From: Malacoraja senta
Lineage: Eukaryota
DNA length: 64,000 nt
Assembly (NCBI GenBank): GCA_038087875.1
Contig: CM075989.1
Span: 3,348,001-3,412,000 of the forward strand
Reading direction: 5' to 3'
The notes beneath the pieces are model-generated. The model had not been told where the DNA came from, did not search any database, and saw only the letters and a program-made list of their open reading frames with translations. Of this stretch, positions 50,979-61,752 are shown piece by piece. Within the stretch, counting starts at the first letter, position 1. Every line of letters starts with the position of its first letter. The position numbers were made by a program, and so were the translations under genes.

Positions 50979-51417
50979 TTTCAAGCTCCTTCTTTATGTA
51001 TACAAAGCCCTTAACGGGCTTGCCCCCACCTACATCAAAAATCTGCTTACCCACCATACCACCTCCAGGTCCCTCAGATCGGCCGACTTGGGGTTACTGA
51101 CCATCCCGCGGTCTAGGCATAAGCTCAGGGGCGACCGTGCTTTTGCGGTTGCAGCTCCTAGACTATGGAAGACTCCCTCTTCCCATCAGAACTGCGCCCT
51201 CCATCGACTCTTCTAAGTCTAGACTTAAAGCTTATTTCTACTCTCAAGCCTTTCTTGAGGTCCTCTGAGGGAGGGCTGTATGTATTCATCTATGTATGTA
51301 TTGTTAGATCTATGTACCACTGTTTGTAGCACGTTAGTACATGCACTAATGTAAAGCACTTTGGTCAACGAGAGTTGTTTTTAAATGTGCTATAGAAATA
51401 AAATTGACTTGACTTGA
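50979..51417 (+). mobile_element. L2 LINE 3' end (duplicated at ~54237-54675)
   Basis: FKLLLYVYKALNGLAPTYI..LL..HTTSRSLRSAD..LLTIPRSR...GDRAFAVAAPRLW; tail aaataaaattgacttgacttga. Confidence 0.85.
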
Positions 51418-52512
51418 TATATAGACTCAGGAACAGCTTCATCCCGTTATCGGGCTTCTGAACAGTCCTTCCATTTGTTAGGGTACTGTCTGATTCTCCT
51501 CTACCGCATTGAGGACATTGGACTTTGTTCATGGAACTATGGCTCTATAAAAGCGGGCAGGTAGGACTAGTGTAGATCGGGCATCTTGGTGGACATATGT
51601 AAATTGGGCCAAAGGTCCTGTTTCTGTGTTGTATGAGTGTAAAACACTAAATGCGCTACAATGCTGAGCAATATATTCTGCACTCTGTATCTTCTCCTCT
51701 ATCTAGTGTACTTGAATTTGAACTGATTGTATGGTATATCTGCCTGACTGTGGCACTGTGGGAGAGACACAATCATCTGGGGAAATTAACCTCTGCCCCT
51801 CCCCTGTGCCTCTGCCCTCTCACCATGACTGACCTATTTATACCCTCCACAGCCTAAATTCCTTCCTCCAGCATCACAATTTGTAACTCTTCCATCCTGT
51901 CGCACACCTTCTGCTTTAATCTGACCTTTGTTCCAACCATCTGACTATCTAACCCCCCCCTCGCCTCTATCCACCTGCCACGCTTTGTCCTGCCTCTCCT
52001 CTCTTCTAGCTTTCTTCCCTCCACTCCCCACCCTCACAATCATTCTGAAGACGGGTCCCGACCCGAAACCTCACCTATCCATGTTCTCCAGAGATGCTGC
52101 CTGACCTGCTGAGTTACACCAGCACTTTGTGTCCTTTTGTGTGAACCAACATCTGCAGTTCCTTGTTTCTACAAGAATGGAGTGTCAGCAGGAGATAGTA
52201 TGAAGAAGGTGGTTAACATTCAATGGCAATTGAATTCAACAGGTCTTTGCATCAGACTTCTATGTAAAAATGCCCCAGTAATAACTACAGGTCAGGAATC
52301 GGCATGGTATTGCACGACATAATTTGTTGGAAGTGCAGGCTGATGACGCTCTGTGTGCTGATGGACTTTATCCTTGAGTTTTAAATTAAGTAGTTAAGTG
52401 GGATAGTTGATGCACTGTCAGTCACACAGAACAGAAACAGGCCCTTCAGCCTATCTGGGACCACCTTATTGCACTTCTACACCAATCCCATTTACGTGCA
52501 TTGGGACTGAGT

Positions 52513-52543
52513 CTGAAGAAGGGTCTCGACCCGAAACGTCACC
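52513..52543 (+). ncRNA. Minimal hammerhead-ribozyme-like core in a Penelope pLTR-derived repeat (representative intact copy)
   Basis: CTGAAGA-A-GGGT(CTCG)ACCC-GAAAC-GTC: both hammerhead boxes, stem II, palindromic ACGT stem III and a GUC triplet. Stem I is only ~2 bp. Confidence 0.55.
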
Positions 52544-55500
52544 TATTCCTTTTCTCCAGAGATGCTGCCTGCTGAGTTGCTCCAGCTTTTTGTGTCTATC
52601 TTGGGGCTATGCTTTGTCTATTTAAGTATCTATTGGTATATTGTATTAATCCTAAGGGCGGCACGGTAGCGCAGCGGTTGCTGCCTTACACCGCTTACAG
52701 CGCCGGAGACCCGGGTTCGATCCTGACTACAGGTGGTCTGTGCGGAGTTTGTAAGTTCTCCCCGTGACCGCGTAGATTTTCTCTGAGTTCTTCAGTTTCC
52801 TCCCACGTTCCAAAGACGTAGATTTGGCTTGGGCTAAGTTGTCCCGTGTGTGTGTAGGATAGTGTTAATGTGCAGGGATCGCTGGTCGTTGTGGACTCGA
52901 TGGGCCGAAGGGCCTGTTTCTGCGCTGAATCACTAAACTAAACTAGATCTATAGATTCTGGCTGGGATTTATCCTTGTCCCACCACAGATACTACCTGGC
53001 CTGATGAGTTCCTCCAGCACTGTTTTTTGCTTGAGTTTACAGTATCTGTAGTCTTGTGTAGCCAGAATAAGTAATTTGTCTTATGAGAAAGATTGGGTGG
53101 CCTAAGCTTGTAGCCACTGGAGTTACAAATAAAAGACATGACCCTTTGAAACTTAATATTCTGAAGGAGCTTGACATGAACATAGAACAGTTCAGCACAG
53201 GAATGGCCCCTTTGACGCACAATGTTTATGTCGACAATGATGCCAAGTTTAACTGATCTCGTCTACCTGTACGTGAGTTGAGTTTATTGTCACATGTACA
53301 GTAAAAAGCTTTTGTTGCATGCTAACCAGTCAGCAGAAAGTTACAATCGAGCTGGCCACAGATGCACAATAAAGGGAATAACCTGAATAATGTTTAGTGC
53401 AAGATAATGCCAGTAAAGTCCAATCAAAGATAATCCAAGGGTCTCCAATGATGTGGATAATAGTTCAGGACTGCTCTCTAGTTGGTGACAGGATGGTTAA
53501 GTTACCTGATCACAGCTGGGAAGAAACTGTCCCTGAATCTGGAGGTGTGCGTTTTCACATTTCCATGTGCCTTGCAAATGTGGAATTAGAGTGGATGTTT
53601 CCGTGTGAGAAGATCCAAGAACTGGAATCTCAGTTTAAGCGCCGCTCATTTAAAGAAAAATTGTTTTTGCATAACAAATATCTGGAATGCTTTGCCTCAA
53701 AAAGTATTGGAAGCAGTCTTTGAATGTTTTAGAGGGAGCGGTACATGGATTCTCAAGTGCAGGATGAAAGATTACTATAGGTAGAGGGGATATAGAGTTG
53801 TGTTACAGTCAGATCAGCTATGACCTTATTAATGTAAGATTTTGTTCTGACTGCCATTGGCTTAATTTAGAGGTACAGGACAGAAACAGGCCCTTCGACC
53901 CACCTAGTCTGCACCGATCTGCGATCCCCGTACCCGAGCACTTTCCTACACACTAGGGACAATTTTTACCGATGCCAATTAACCTATAAACCTGTACGTC
54001 TTTGGAGTGTGGGAGGAAACGGAAGAAACCCGGAGAAACAAACCAGGAGAAACTAATACCTCTATTTCACCTTTTCCTTATGGAAAAGCTTTGTCCGCCC
54101 ATTGTGAATGAGATTCAGGTCCAGTAATCCAGGTTTTTTAACTTTCAAACTATCACAAAAAGATACTAACAAGTGCGGTTTGATTGCAGATTTTTAATAT
54201 CAAAATTTTACTAACATACTGGAAAAAGTAAATAAATTTCAAGCTCCTTCTTTATGTATACAAAGCCCTTAACGGGCTTGCCCCCACCTACATCAAAAAT
54301 CTGCTTACCCACCATACCACCTCCAGGTCCCTCAGATCGGCCGACTTGGGGTTACTGACCATCCCGCGGTCTAGGCATAAGCTCAGGGGCGACCGTGCTT
54401 TTGCGGTTGCAGCTCCTAGACTATGGAAGACTCCCTCTTCCCATCAGAACTGCGCCCTCCATCGACTCTTCTAAGTCTAGACTTAAAGCTTATTTCTACT
54501 CTCAAGCCTTTCTTGAGGTCCTCTGAGGGAGGGCTGTATGTATTCATCTATGTATGTATTGTTAGATCTATGTACCACTGTTTGTAGCACGTTAGTACAT
54601 GCACTAATGTAAAGCACTTTGGTCAACGAGAGTTGTTTTTAAATGTGCTATAGAAATAAAATTGACTTGACTTGATATATAGACTCAGGAACAGCTTCAT
54701 CCCGTTATCGGGCTTCTGAACAGTCCTTCCATTTGTTAGGGTACTGTCTGATTCTCCTCTACCGCATTGAGGACATTGGACTTTGTTCATGGAACTATGG
54801 CTCTATAAAAGCGGGCAGGTAGGACTAGTGTAGATCGGGCATCTTGGTGGACATATGTAAATTGGGCCAAAGGTCCTGTTTCTGTGTTGTATGAGTGTAA
54901 AACACTAAATGCGCTACAATGCTGAGCAATATATTCTGCACTCTGTATCTTCTCCTCTATCTAGTGTACTTGAATTTGAACTGATTGTATGGTATATCTG
55001 ATCTGTTTGGATAGCAACAATTGGATAAATTGTGACATAACGGTAGAGTTGCCTTGCAGCAGAACCCAGGTTCGATCCTGACTACGGGTGCTGTCTCTAC
55101 GGAGTTCGTACGTTCTCCCCGTGACCTGCGTGGATTTTCTCTGAGTGTTCCAGTTTCCTCCCACACTCCATAGGTGTACAAGTTTGTTGGTTAATTGGCT
55201 TGGTAAAATTGTAAACTTGTCCCTAGTGTGTGTAGGATGGTGTTAGTGTGCAGGTATGTCCACCATTAGGTGTACCCTAGGCTATTTAGACTTTGCAATG
55301 ATTTAACATAACATCAAGCACCAAAATGTGACAGGGAAATGTTTGTGAGACTTGAAATCGCATGATTTAATACTTAATTAATGTTACCACATGGCATAAA
55401 TGGGTTGTTGGGTGAATCTTCCACCAAAGCAGAGGGGAAGATCATGACCCAAGTGACTTACAATAAAATCCAATGAAGTATTGCTTTAGATTCTGCTCAC

Positions 55501-56635
55501 TCAAGAGCAAGTACATTTCAGTAGGGTGAGATCTAGATAATCTAATTAGCATCTTCCAAGCTAAAAGCAATGTAAGTGCAAATTTCATTATCACTGACAA
55601 GCTCAGAAATTGTGCAGACAAACATTTAACAAATGCAGTTTATAAAGATGCTGGTTTACACAAAGACACAAAAGGATACAAATTGCTTGAGTAACTCAGC
55701 AGGTTGACAACATCTCTGGAGAACGTGTTTTAACAAATAGAGTATGATAATGCCCGACTTAAAATCAGCTTCCATTTGTCACTGGTCTGAAGGCTTCTGA
55801 TTTTACTAGCTGGTAACATATGATGGTTGATTATGGAACAGTTCTCACGAATAGTGCGAGATGGGGGATAAACTGCTGAAACCGAACAATGCCTTCGCTT
55901 TTAGATTCTTCCATTCCAAATTTCTTCTTTTATTCCCACAAATATCTGTTCCTTACTGATATACAATTTGAGAGTGTGTAACAAATCTTCAAGTGGCTCA
56001 ATAGTTTTGTTTTTCCTTGGATATTATAGTCAAAACCAATTGTTTTCTTGCACTGATTTCTACCACACAATGGTATAGTGGTTAAAATTACCAGACCGCC
56101 TGTTCAGAGACTAGAACACAAATCCCACTACGACAGCTATGGAACTAAATTGTTAATAATCTAGAACAGCCATTAATAAGAATGACACATAAACCACTGA
56201 ATTGGAATTAATTCTCACCTGGTTCACTAATGCCATCTTTACCTGGTTCAGGTAGTTACCTGGTACATGACTCCAGACTCACAGCAATGTGGTTGACTTT
56301 GAAATGGCTGCAAGGACATGGATGATGGTGGATTGACTGTAAATGCTAGTTTAAACCTGTGATGATTATATATTTTTTAAATTGAAAATGGACTAGATTT
56401 GATAATTAAACTGGATTTGATAAATGGACTGGATTTAAAAATGCTGCCTTTACCTGTGATTGCCCTAATCAAAATATAAACAAAATAAAATGGACTGGAT
56501 TTGATCAATGGACTGGATTAAATAAAATGGACTGGAACATACCCAGTTAGATTTCTGAAAGTGACAAAACTAAGCTAAAGACTTAAGAAATCCCCAACAT
56601 ATGAGAAAATGGTAACACGCACATTTGATTTATAA

Positions 56636-56641
56636 TTTAAT
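56636..56641 (-). terminator. Candidate polyadenylation signal (ATTAAA) of MRPL46
   Basis: ATTAAA on the minus strand ~37 nt after the stop. An AATAAA further downstream (55934-55929) is an alternative. Confidence 0.3.
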
Positions 56642-56677
56642 GGTGATAATAATTCTATTTTTAACAAAATAACTTTT

Positions 56678-56940
56678 CTATACATATATTGTCGAGCTAT
56701 CAAAGATGAAGCGATTAACTTGTTTCAAGTAGTTTGGTTTGAGGTAGTCCTTCAGTTCACTCTTGGTTACCCACACATGGTCCTCTTTCTTTCTTGTCTT
56801 GAGATCTCCGTTTATCAGCAAGGCTTTAAAGAAAAACACTTTGGTTCCGACATTACTGGAAGTTTGTATCGCCCTGGGATACTTGTATTTATAGACACCA
56901 GTTGGAGCATTGCCCATAAAAACAGCTTGCAATTCATTTC
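56678..56940 (-). CDS. MRPL46: Mitochondrial ribosomal protein L46, terminal coding exon
   Basis: (G)[86 protein letters not shown] contains the MRPL46 motifs GNAP, KVFFFKA and HVWVTK.EL..YL. Acceptor tattttctag|GA; stop TAG at 56680-56678. Confidence 0.95.
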
Positions 56941-57307
56941 CTAGAAAATAGTGGGAGGAGTGGATTGGAGAGAGAAAAAGACATATTCAGTGAAATTCAA
57001 AAAACCAACACCCTTTACTGAAGAGAAGCAAGCTTAAATATGCAAGGACGCAATATTTATTGTCAAATGAACCAGAGACGGTACAAGAAGTTTTATTCCC
57101 AACTGCAAATTGGCGCGATATGAAATTAAATGTTTGAAATAACAGTGAAAACAGATTCAATAGTTCTGTTCATAGATATCAAAAGTGAAAATATGACTAG
57201 TCTGTCGGGAAAAGGCTGGCACGGCACAATAGACTTGGTGGCCATTTCCCCATCCTTTATCATGCTACAATTCTAACAACGTCAAAAGCTACCAAAAACA
57301 CTCTTAC

Positions 57308-57481
57308 CAGCCAGCGTCGACAAGGTACGTTCTGCAGTCTGCCTCATGGTTTCCCCTGGCGTCCAGTAACTCTGTGGCAACAACCAGATCTCTTCATCCC
57401 CCACTTTTTCTTTTACTAACAACAGCAGTTTTTCATCCAGTCGCCTATTCAGTGTTGATCTATCATTCCGCTTGTCAGCTT
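57308..57481 (-). CDS. MRPL46: Mitochondrial ribosomal protein L46, internal coding exon (probable exon 3)
   Basis: (E)ADKRNDRSTLNRRLDEKLLLLVKEKVGDEEIWLLPQSYWTPGETMRQTAERTLSTLA(G). Acceptor gtatcttag|AA, donor G|gtaagag; 174 bp, phase 1-1, in frame with the flanking exons. Confidence 0.95.
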
Positions 57482-58585
57482 CTAAGATACGCGTGGAAAT
57501 ATACATTTTAAAAACTAATCTGCTTGGACACCAACACGTTTCAAGAAATGATTCAGCACAACTGATTGCATTCTTCTCAAACAAAGAATTATTCGCATTA
57601 AATAATCACAAACAAATCATTAATAGTTCTGCTACCATTCAGGAACCCGAGATTCTAAAACTCAGAAAGTTCAATGGAGATGTGAGGAGCAAGTTTTTAT
57701 TTTACACAGAGAGCGGTGGAGGCCTGGAACACTTTGCCAGTGGTGGAGGCAGTGGCATTTCAGAGGTTTTTATAGATAGGCACATAGAAGTACAGGGAAT
57801 AGAGGGATTATGGATCATGTACAGGAAGATGAGATCAGTTTAACTTGGCATCATGTTCGGCACAAACGTTGTGGGCCGAAGATGAAGGTGAATCCTTCCA
57901 CCTTCAGTGTAATTGCATCACACTGTCCCCGTCTGTAGTAATGGATATTGGTCACTCATCTATTCCGAGATGAAGATAGAAAAACTGGGAAAGAGAAGGG
58001 CAGAGTCAGAGGGAGACCATGTGAGCAGGCAGGTAATTGGCAGCTACAATAGTATAAAGTTTCAGTTCTGTGCAAATATTTAGGAAAATCAACTGCAAAT
58101 AAGATATGGTTACAAAGGGATATAGATAATTTAGATAGGTGGACTAAGACCGAGCAAATATAAAATGGGGAAAATGTAAAAATGTCTTTGGCAAATAAAT
58201 CGTTTTTAAAAAGCTTATTAGCTTAATGGTAAAATATTTCATATGTAGAGGCCTCAGGCTATCCGAGTAAATGATCTGCAATAGGCTGTGTACCACTAGA
58301 ATAAATAGTTAGGAAAGCTCACAATTTAATTCAAGCAGGTGTGAGTTGTTGCACATTGGCAGGTCAAAGACAAAGGGAATTATGCATTTAATGGCAGAAC
58401 CTTTATCAGCATTGATTTACAGAGAGATCTTGGGGTCCAAGTCCGTAGCTCCCTGAAAGTAGCAACACAAGTGGATAGAGTGGTAAAGAAGACATATGGT
58501 ATTAGCTGGAGCCTTTACTATGAGAGTCAGGAAGTCATGTTGCAGCTTTATAAAATATTGGCTTGAATACATTCGGAGTATAGAG

Positions 58586-59542
58586 ATCCCCTATAAACCC
58601 ACTGACTCCCATGGCTATCTGGACTACACTTCTTCCCACCCTGCTACCTGTAAGGACTTCATCCCCTACTCCCAATTCCTCCGTCTACGCCGCATCTGCA
58701 CCCAGGATGAGGTGTTCCACACCAGGGCATCGGAGATGTCTTCATTCTTCAGGGAACGGGGATTCCCCTCTTCTACCCGGCTCTCACCAGGGTCTCTTCT
58801 ATACCCCGTGACTCTACTCTCACTCCCCATCCTCCCACTCGTAACAAGGGCAGAGTCCCCCTTGTCCTCACCTTCCACCCTACTAGCCGTCACGTACAAC
58901 AAATAATCCTCCATCATTTTCACCACCTCCAACGTGACCCCACCACTTGCCACGCCAATGCTACACGTGTCGCTTTACCTCCCCCCTTGACTCCATTCAA
59001 GGACCCAAGCAGTCTTTCCAGGTGCGGCAGAGGTTCACCTGCACCTCCTCCAACCTCATCTATTGCATCCGCTGCTCTAGATGTCAGCTGTTCTACATCG
59101 GTGAGACCAAGCATAGGCTTGGCGATCGCTTCGCCGAACACCTCCCCTCGCAATAACCAACCTGATCTCCCGGTGGCTCAGCACTTCAACTCCCCCTCCC
59201 ATTCCGAATCTGACCTTTCTGTCCTGGGAATCCTCCATGGCCAGAGTGAGGACCACCGTAAATTGGAGGAGCAGCACCTCATATTTCGCTTGGGCAGTTT
59301 GCACCCCAGCGATATGAACATTGAATTCTCTAATTTTAGGATGTCCTTACTTTCTCCTCCCCTTCTCAGCTCTCCCTCAGCCCACTGGCTCCACCTCTTC
59401 CTTTCTTCTTCCCGCCCCCCCCCCCCCCCCACCCCCCACCCTCACATCAGTCTGAAGAAGGGTTTCAGCCCAAAACGTTGCCTATTTCCTTCGCTCCATA
59501 GATGCTGCCTCACTCGCTGAGTTTCTCCAGCATTTTTGTCTA
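58586..59542 (+). mobile_element. Penelope-like element (Neptune type), 3' part with GIY-YIG endonuclease and pLTR, in an MRPL46 intron
   Basis: YKPTDSHGYLDYTSSHP..IPYSQFLRLRRIC (end of RT), CYTC linker, NLIYCIRCSRCQLFYIGETKHRLGDRFAEHL (GIY-YIG); ends in pLTR with ctgaagaagggtttcagcccaaaacgttgcc. Confidence 0.9.
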
Positions 59543-60501
59543 TCGTCAAATTCAATAATACGGGATTGGCTCTTTCGGACAAAGATTAAAAGAAATTTCT
59601 TGACCAAGATGGTACCAAATGTCTTGAAATTTCTATCCAGCATAGTTGGGGGAGGGGGGCTCAGTCACCATTGAACTCAGAGATCAATAGATTTATAGAT
59701 ACGAGCAGTCCATGAGCTACATAAGGATTTTGTTACTGAAAACTGTCCGTAAGCAAACCACTGAAACCTCAATTTTCTACAGCTACCTATATCATATCAC
59801 TCCACATACACTTGCCATTATCCTTTCATTTCAGTGAAAACCACCCATAATTAAATTAGTGAGTTATATACCCTATCCAGTCACTAATGAATACGAAGAA
59901 ACATTTGATTATTATTTAGCTAAAAAAATGTTTTAAAAATGTATTGGAGACTTTGTGCGCAGCAAGTCAGGTCATAAGTACCCTGGCAGACCTTGTATTA
60001 AGGAAATCAAGGGTTTGTGTAAGAAAGTAGCACTGAAGTTAAAAATAATTCAGCCATGATCGTGTGAAATGGTGGAGCAGGTACGCTGGGTTAAATGGCC
60101 CGCATCTGCTTCTATTTCTAATGTTTATATGGAAAGTTTCGAATTGTATCTCTGGCAGGAATTACAGTGTCTAAATAGCACAGCAACTGAGACCACATTA
60201 TAACTATAACAGTTAAGGTACTGTGAAAGGACAAATGGGGTGGGATTGGGCTGTGTTTGTTGATCTGTGTCTTTCGGAGGTGCATGATTTTGTAATTGTT
60301 ATAAGAGCATTCTGAAGAAGGAAAAAAACGCTTGAGTGCCTGCAACAGTAAACACCACATTAAACAGAGATTCTGTATATAAGGAGCAGATGAATCTTTG
60401 CTGTATTTGATGCTCTGAAATAAAGTCTTGATGCTCTGCCCAATCTTTGTGGTGTGTTTTAAAGTTTTTTTAAACAATACAAATCAGGACAAGACACAGA
60501 C

Positions 60502-60700
60502 CTTGCACTCTCGCAGTAGGTTTGAACTTCCTGAGCTTCTGTTCCCACACATCCTCCAGATCTTGGCTGGTCACAATGTCTTGGCCAGCATCCTCCTCTT
60601 CATCAGAATCATAATTATTTGCCTGCCTTCGACGAATTCTTTCTTCATCTTCAAAGACTCGTAGCTCATGATCAGAATAGAGACTTTTCTCCAGTTCCAT
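60502..60700 (-). CDS. MRPL46: Mitochondrial ribosomal protein L46, internal coding exon (probable exon 2)
   Basis: Translates [66 protein letters not shown], matching the vertebrate MRPL46 motifs SLYSDHELR and QDLEDxWEQK. Acceptor tattttacag|ATG, donor CAAG|gtctgt; 199 bp, ends in phase 1. Confidence 0.95.
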
Positions 60701-61605
60701 CTGTAAAATATAAGCAAGATCAATTGCATTTTAGGAAGCTGGAAATGAATTCAATGCACCATAGCATCAGACTCATACACTCAGAAACTAGATCCCCAGC
60801 CCAGCAAATCCATATTGACCATCAAGCATCCATTTACATTATCCATATCCCTCTATTCCCTGCACATGAATGTGCCCATCCAGAAGTCATCATGCTCCCA
60901 TTTACATTAGATCAACACAAATCCCATTTTATTCTCCTTACATATCTATCAACTTCAGCGGCACGGTGGCGCAGTGGTAGAGTTGCTGCCTCGGGTGCTG
61001 TGTGTGTATGGGGTGTGCACATTCTCCCTGTGACTGTGTGGGGTTTCTCTGGCTGCTCCAGTTTCCTGCCACACTCCAAAGATGTGCAGGTTTGTCGGTC
61101 AATTGGCTTCTGTAAATTGTCCCCAGTGTGTAGGATAGTGTTGGTGTATGGGTATCACCGGTCGGCGTGCACTCAGTCGGCCGAACAGCCTGTTTCCACT
61201 CTGTCTCTCAACTAAACTTCCCCAAAATTCTACCCTTCACCGACCCGAAGGCATTTTAAGTGCAGCCTCCAGATCTAGTATTTCACAAGAAGCAAAATAA
61301 AACTTAGAAAATTAGACTGATTCAAGGTGCACAGATACATTAGTGTGCAGTATCTTTTCAAGAAAGATTGCTATATCCAAAGCTGCCAATTGCCTCATTT
61401 AAAAGATATCAGCCAGACTCAAATATCAAATATTAGAGGGCATAGCTTTTAAGGTGAGATGGGATAAAGTTTAAAGGATATGTGTAAGGCAGATTTGCTT
61501 TTTAAACAATGTGGGTAGTGAGTACCTGGAACGCGCTGTCAGGGGTGGTGGTGGAGAAGAGATACAATCGTGGAATTTAAGACACTTCTGGATGGGCACA
61601 TGCCA

Positions 61606-61752
61606 GTGCAGGGAATGGAGGGATATGGATTATGTGCAGGGAATGGAGGGATATGGATTATGTGCAGGGAATGGAGGGATATGGATTATGTGCAGGGAAT
61701 GGAGGGATATGGATTATGTGCAGGGAATGGAGGGATATGGATTATGTGCAGG
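61606..61752. repeat. 28-bp minisatellite x5.2 derived from a CR1 3' end, in an MRPL46 intron
   Basis: Unit gtgcagggaatggagggatatggattat, perfect copies. Confidence 0.95.

Larger units (their letters stand above)
48476..55000 (+). repeat. Direct tandem duplication of ~3.26 kb (48476-51742 and 51740-55000)
   Basis: Both units start ctgcctgactgtggcactgtgggagagac and end gaactgattgtatggtatatctg; ORF pairs 48877/52137 and 49709/52969 are near identical. Confidence 0.95.

Noticed and set aside
57890..58080. Possible old Penelope RT fragment on the minus strand
   Set aside because: Resemblance is faint and frameshifted; not supportable by eye.
61606..61752. 28-bp repeats as a CRISPR array, or ORFs 61511/61570 as repeat proteins
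   Set aside because: The units are contiguous with no spacers and derive from the CR1 3' end (GMEGYGLCAG); the DNA is eukaryotic.
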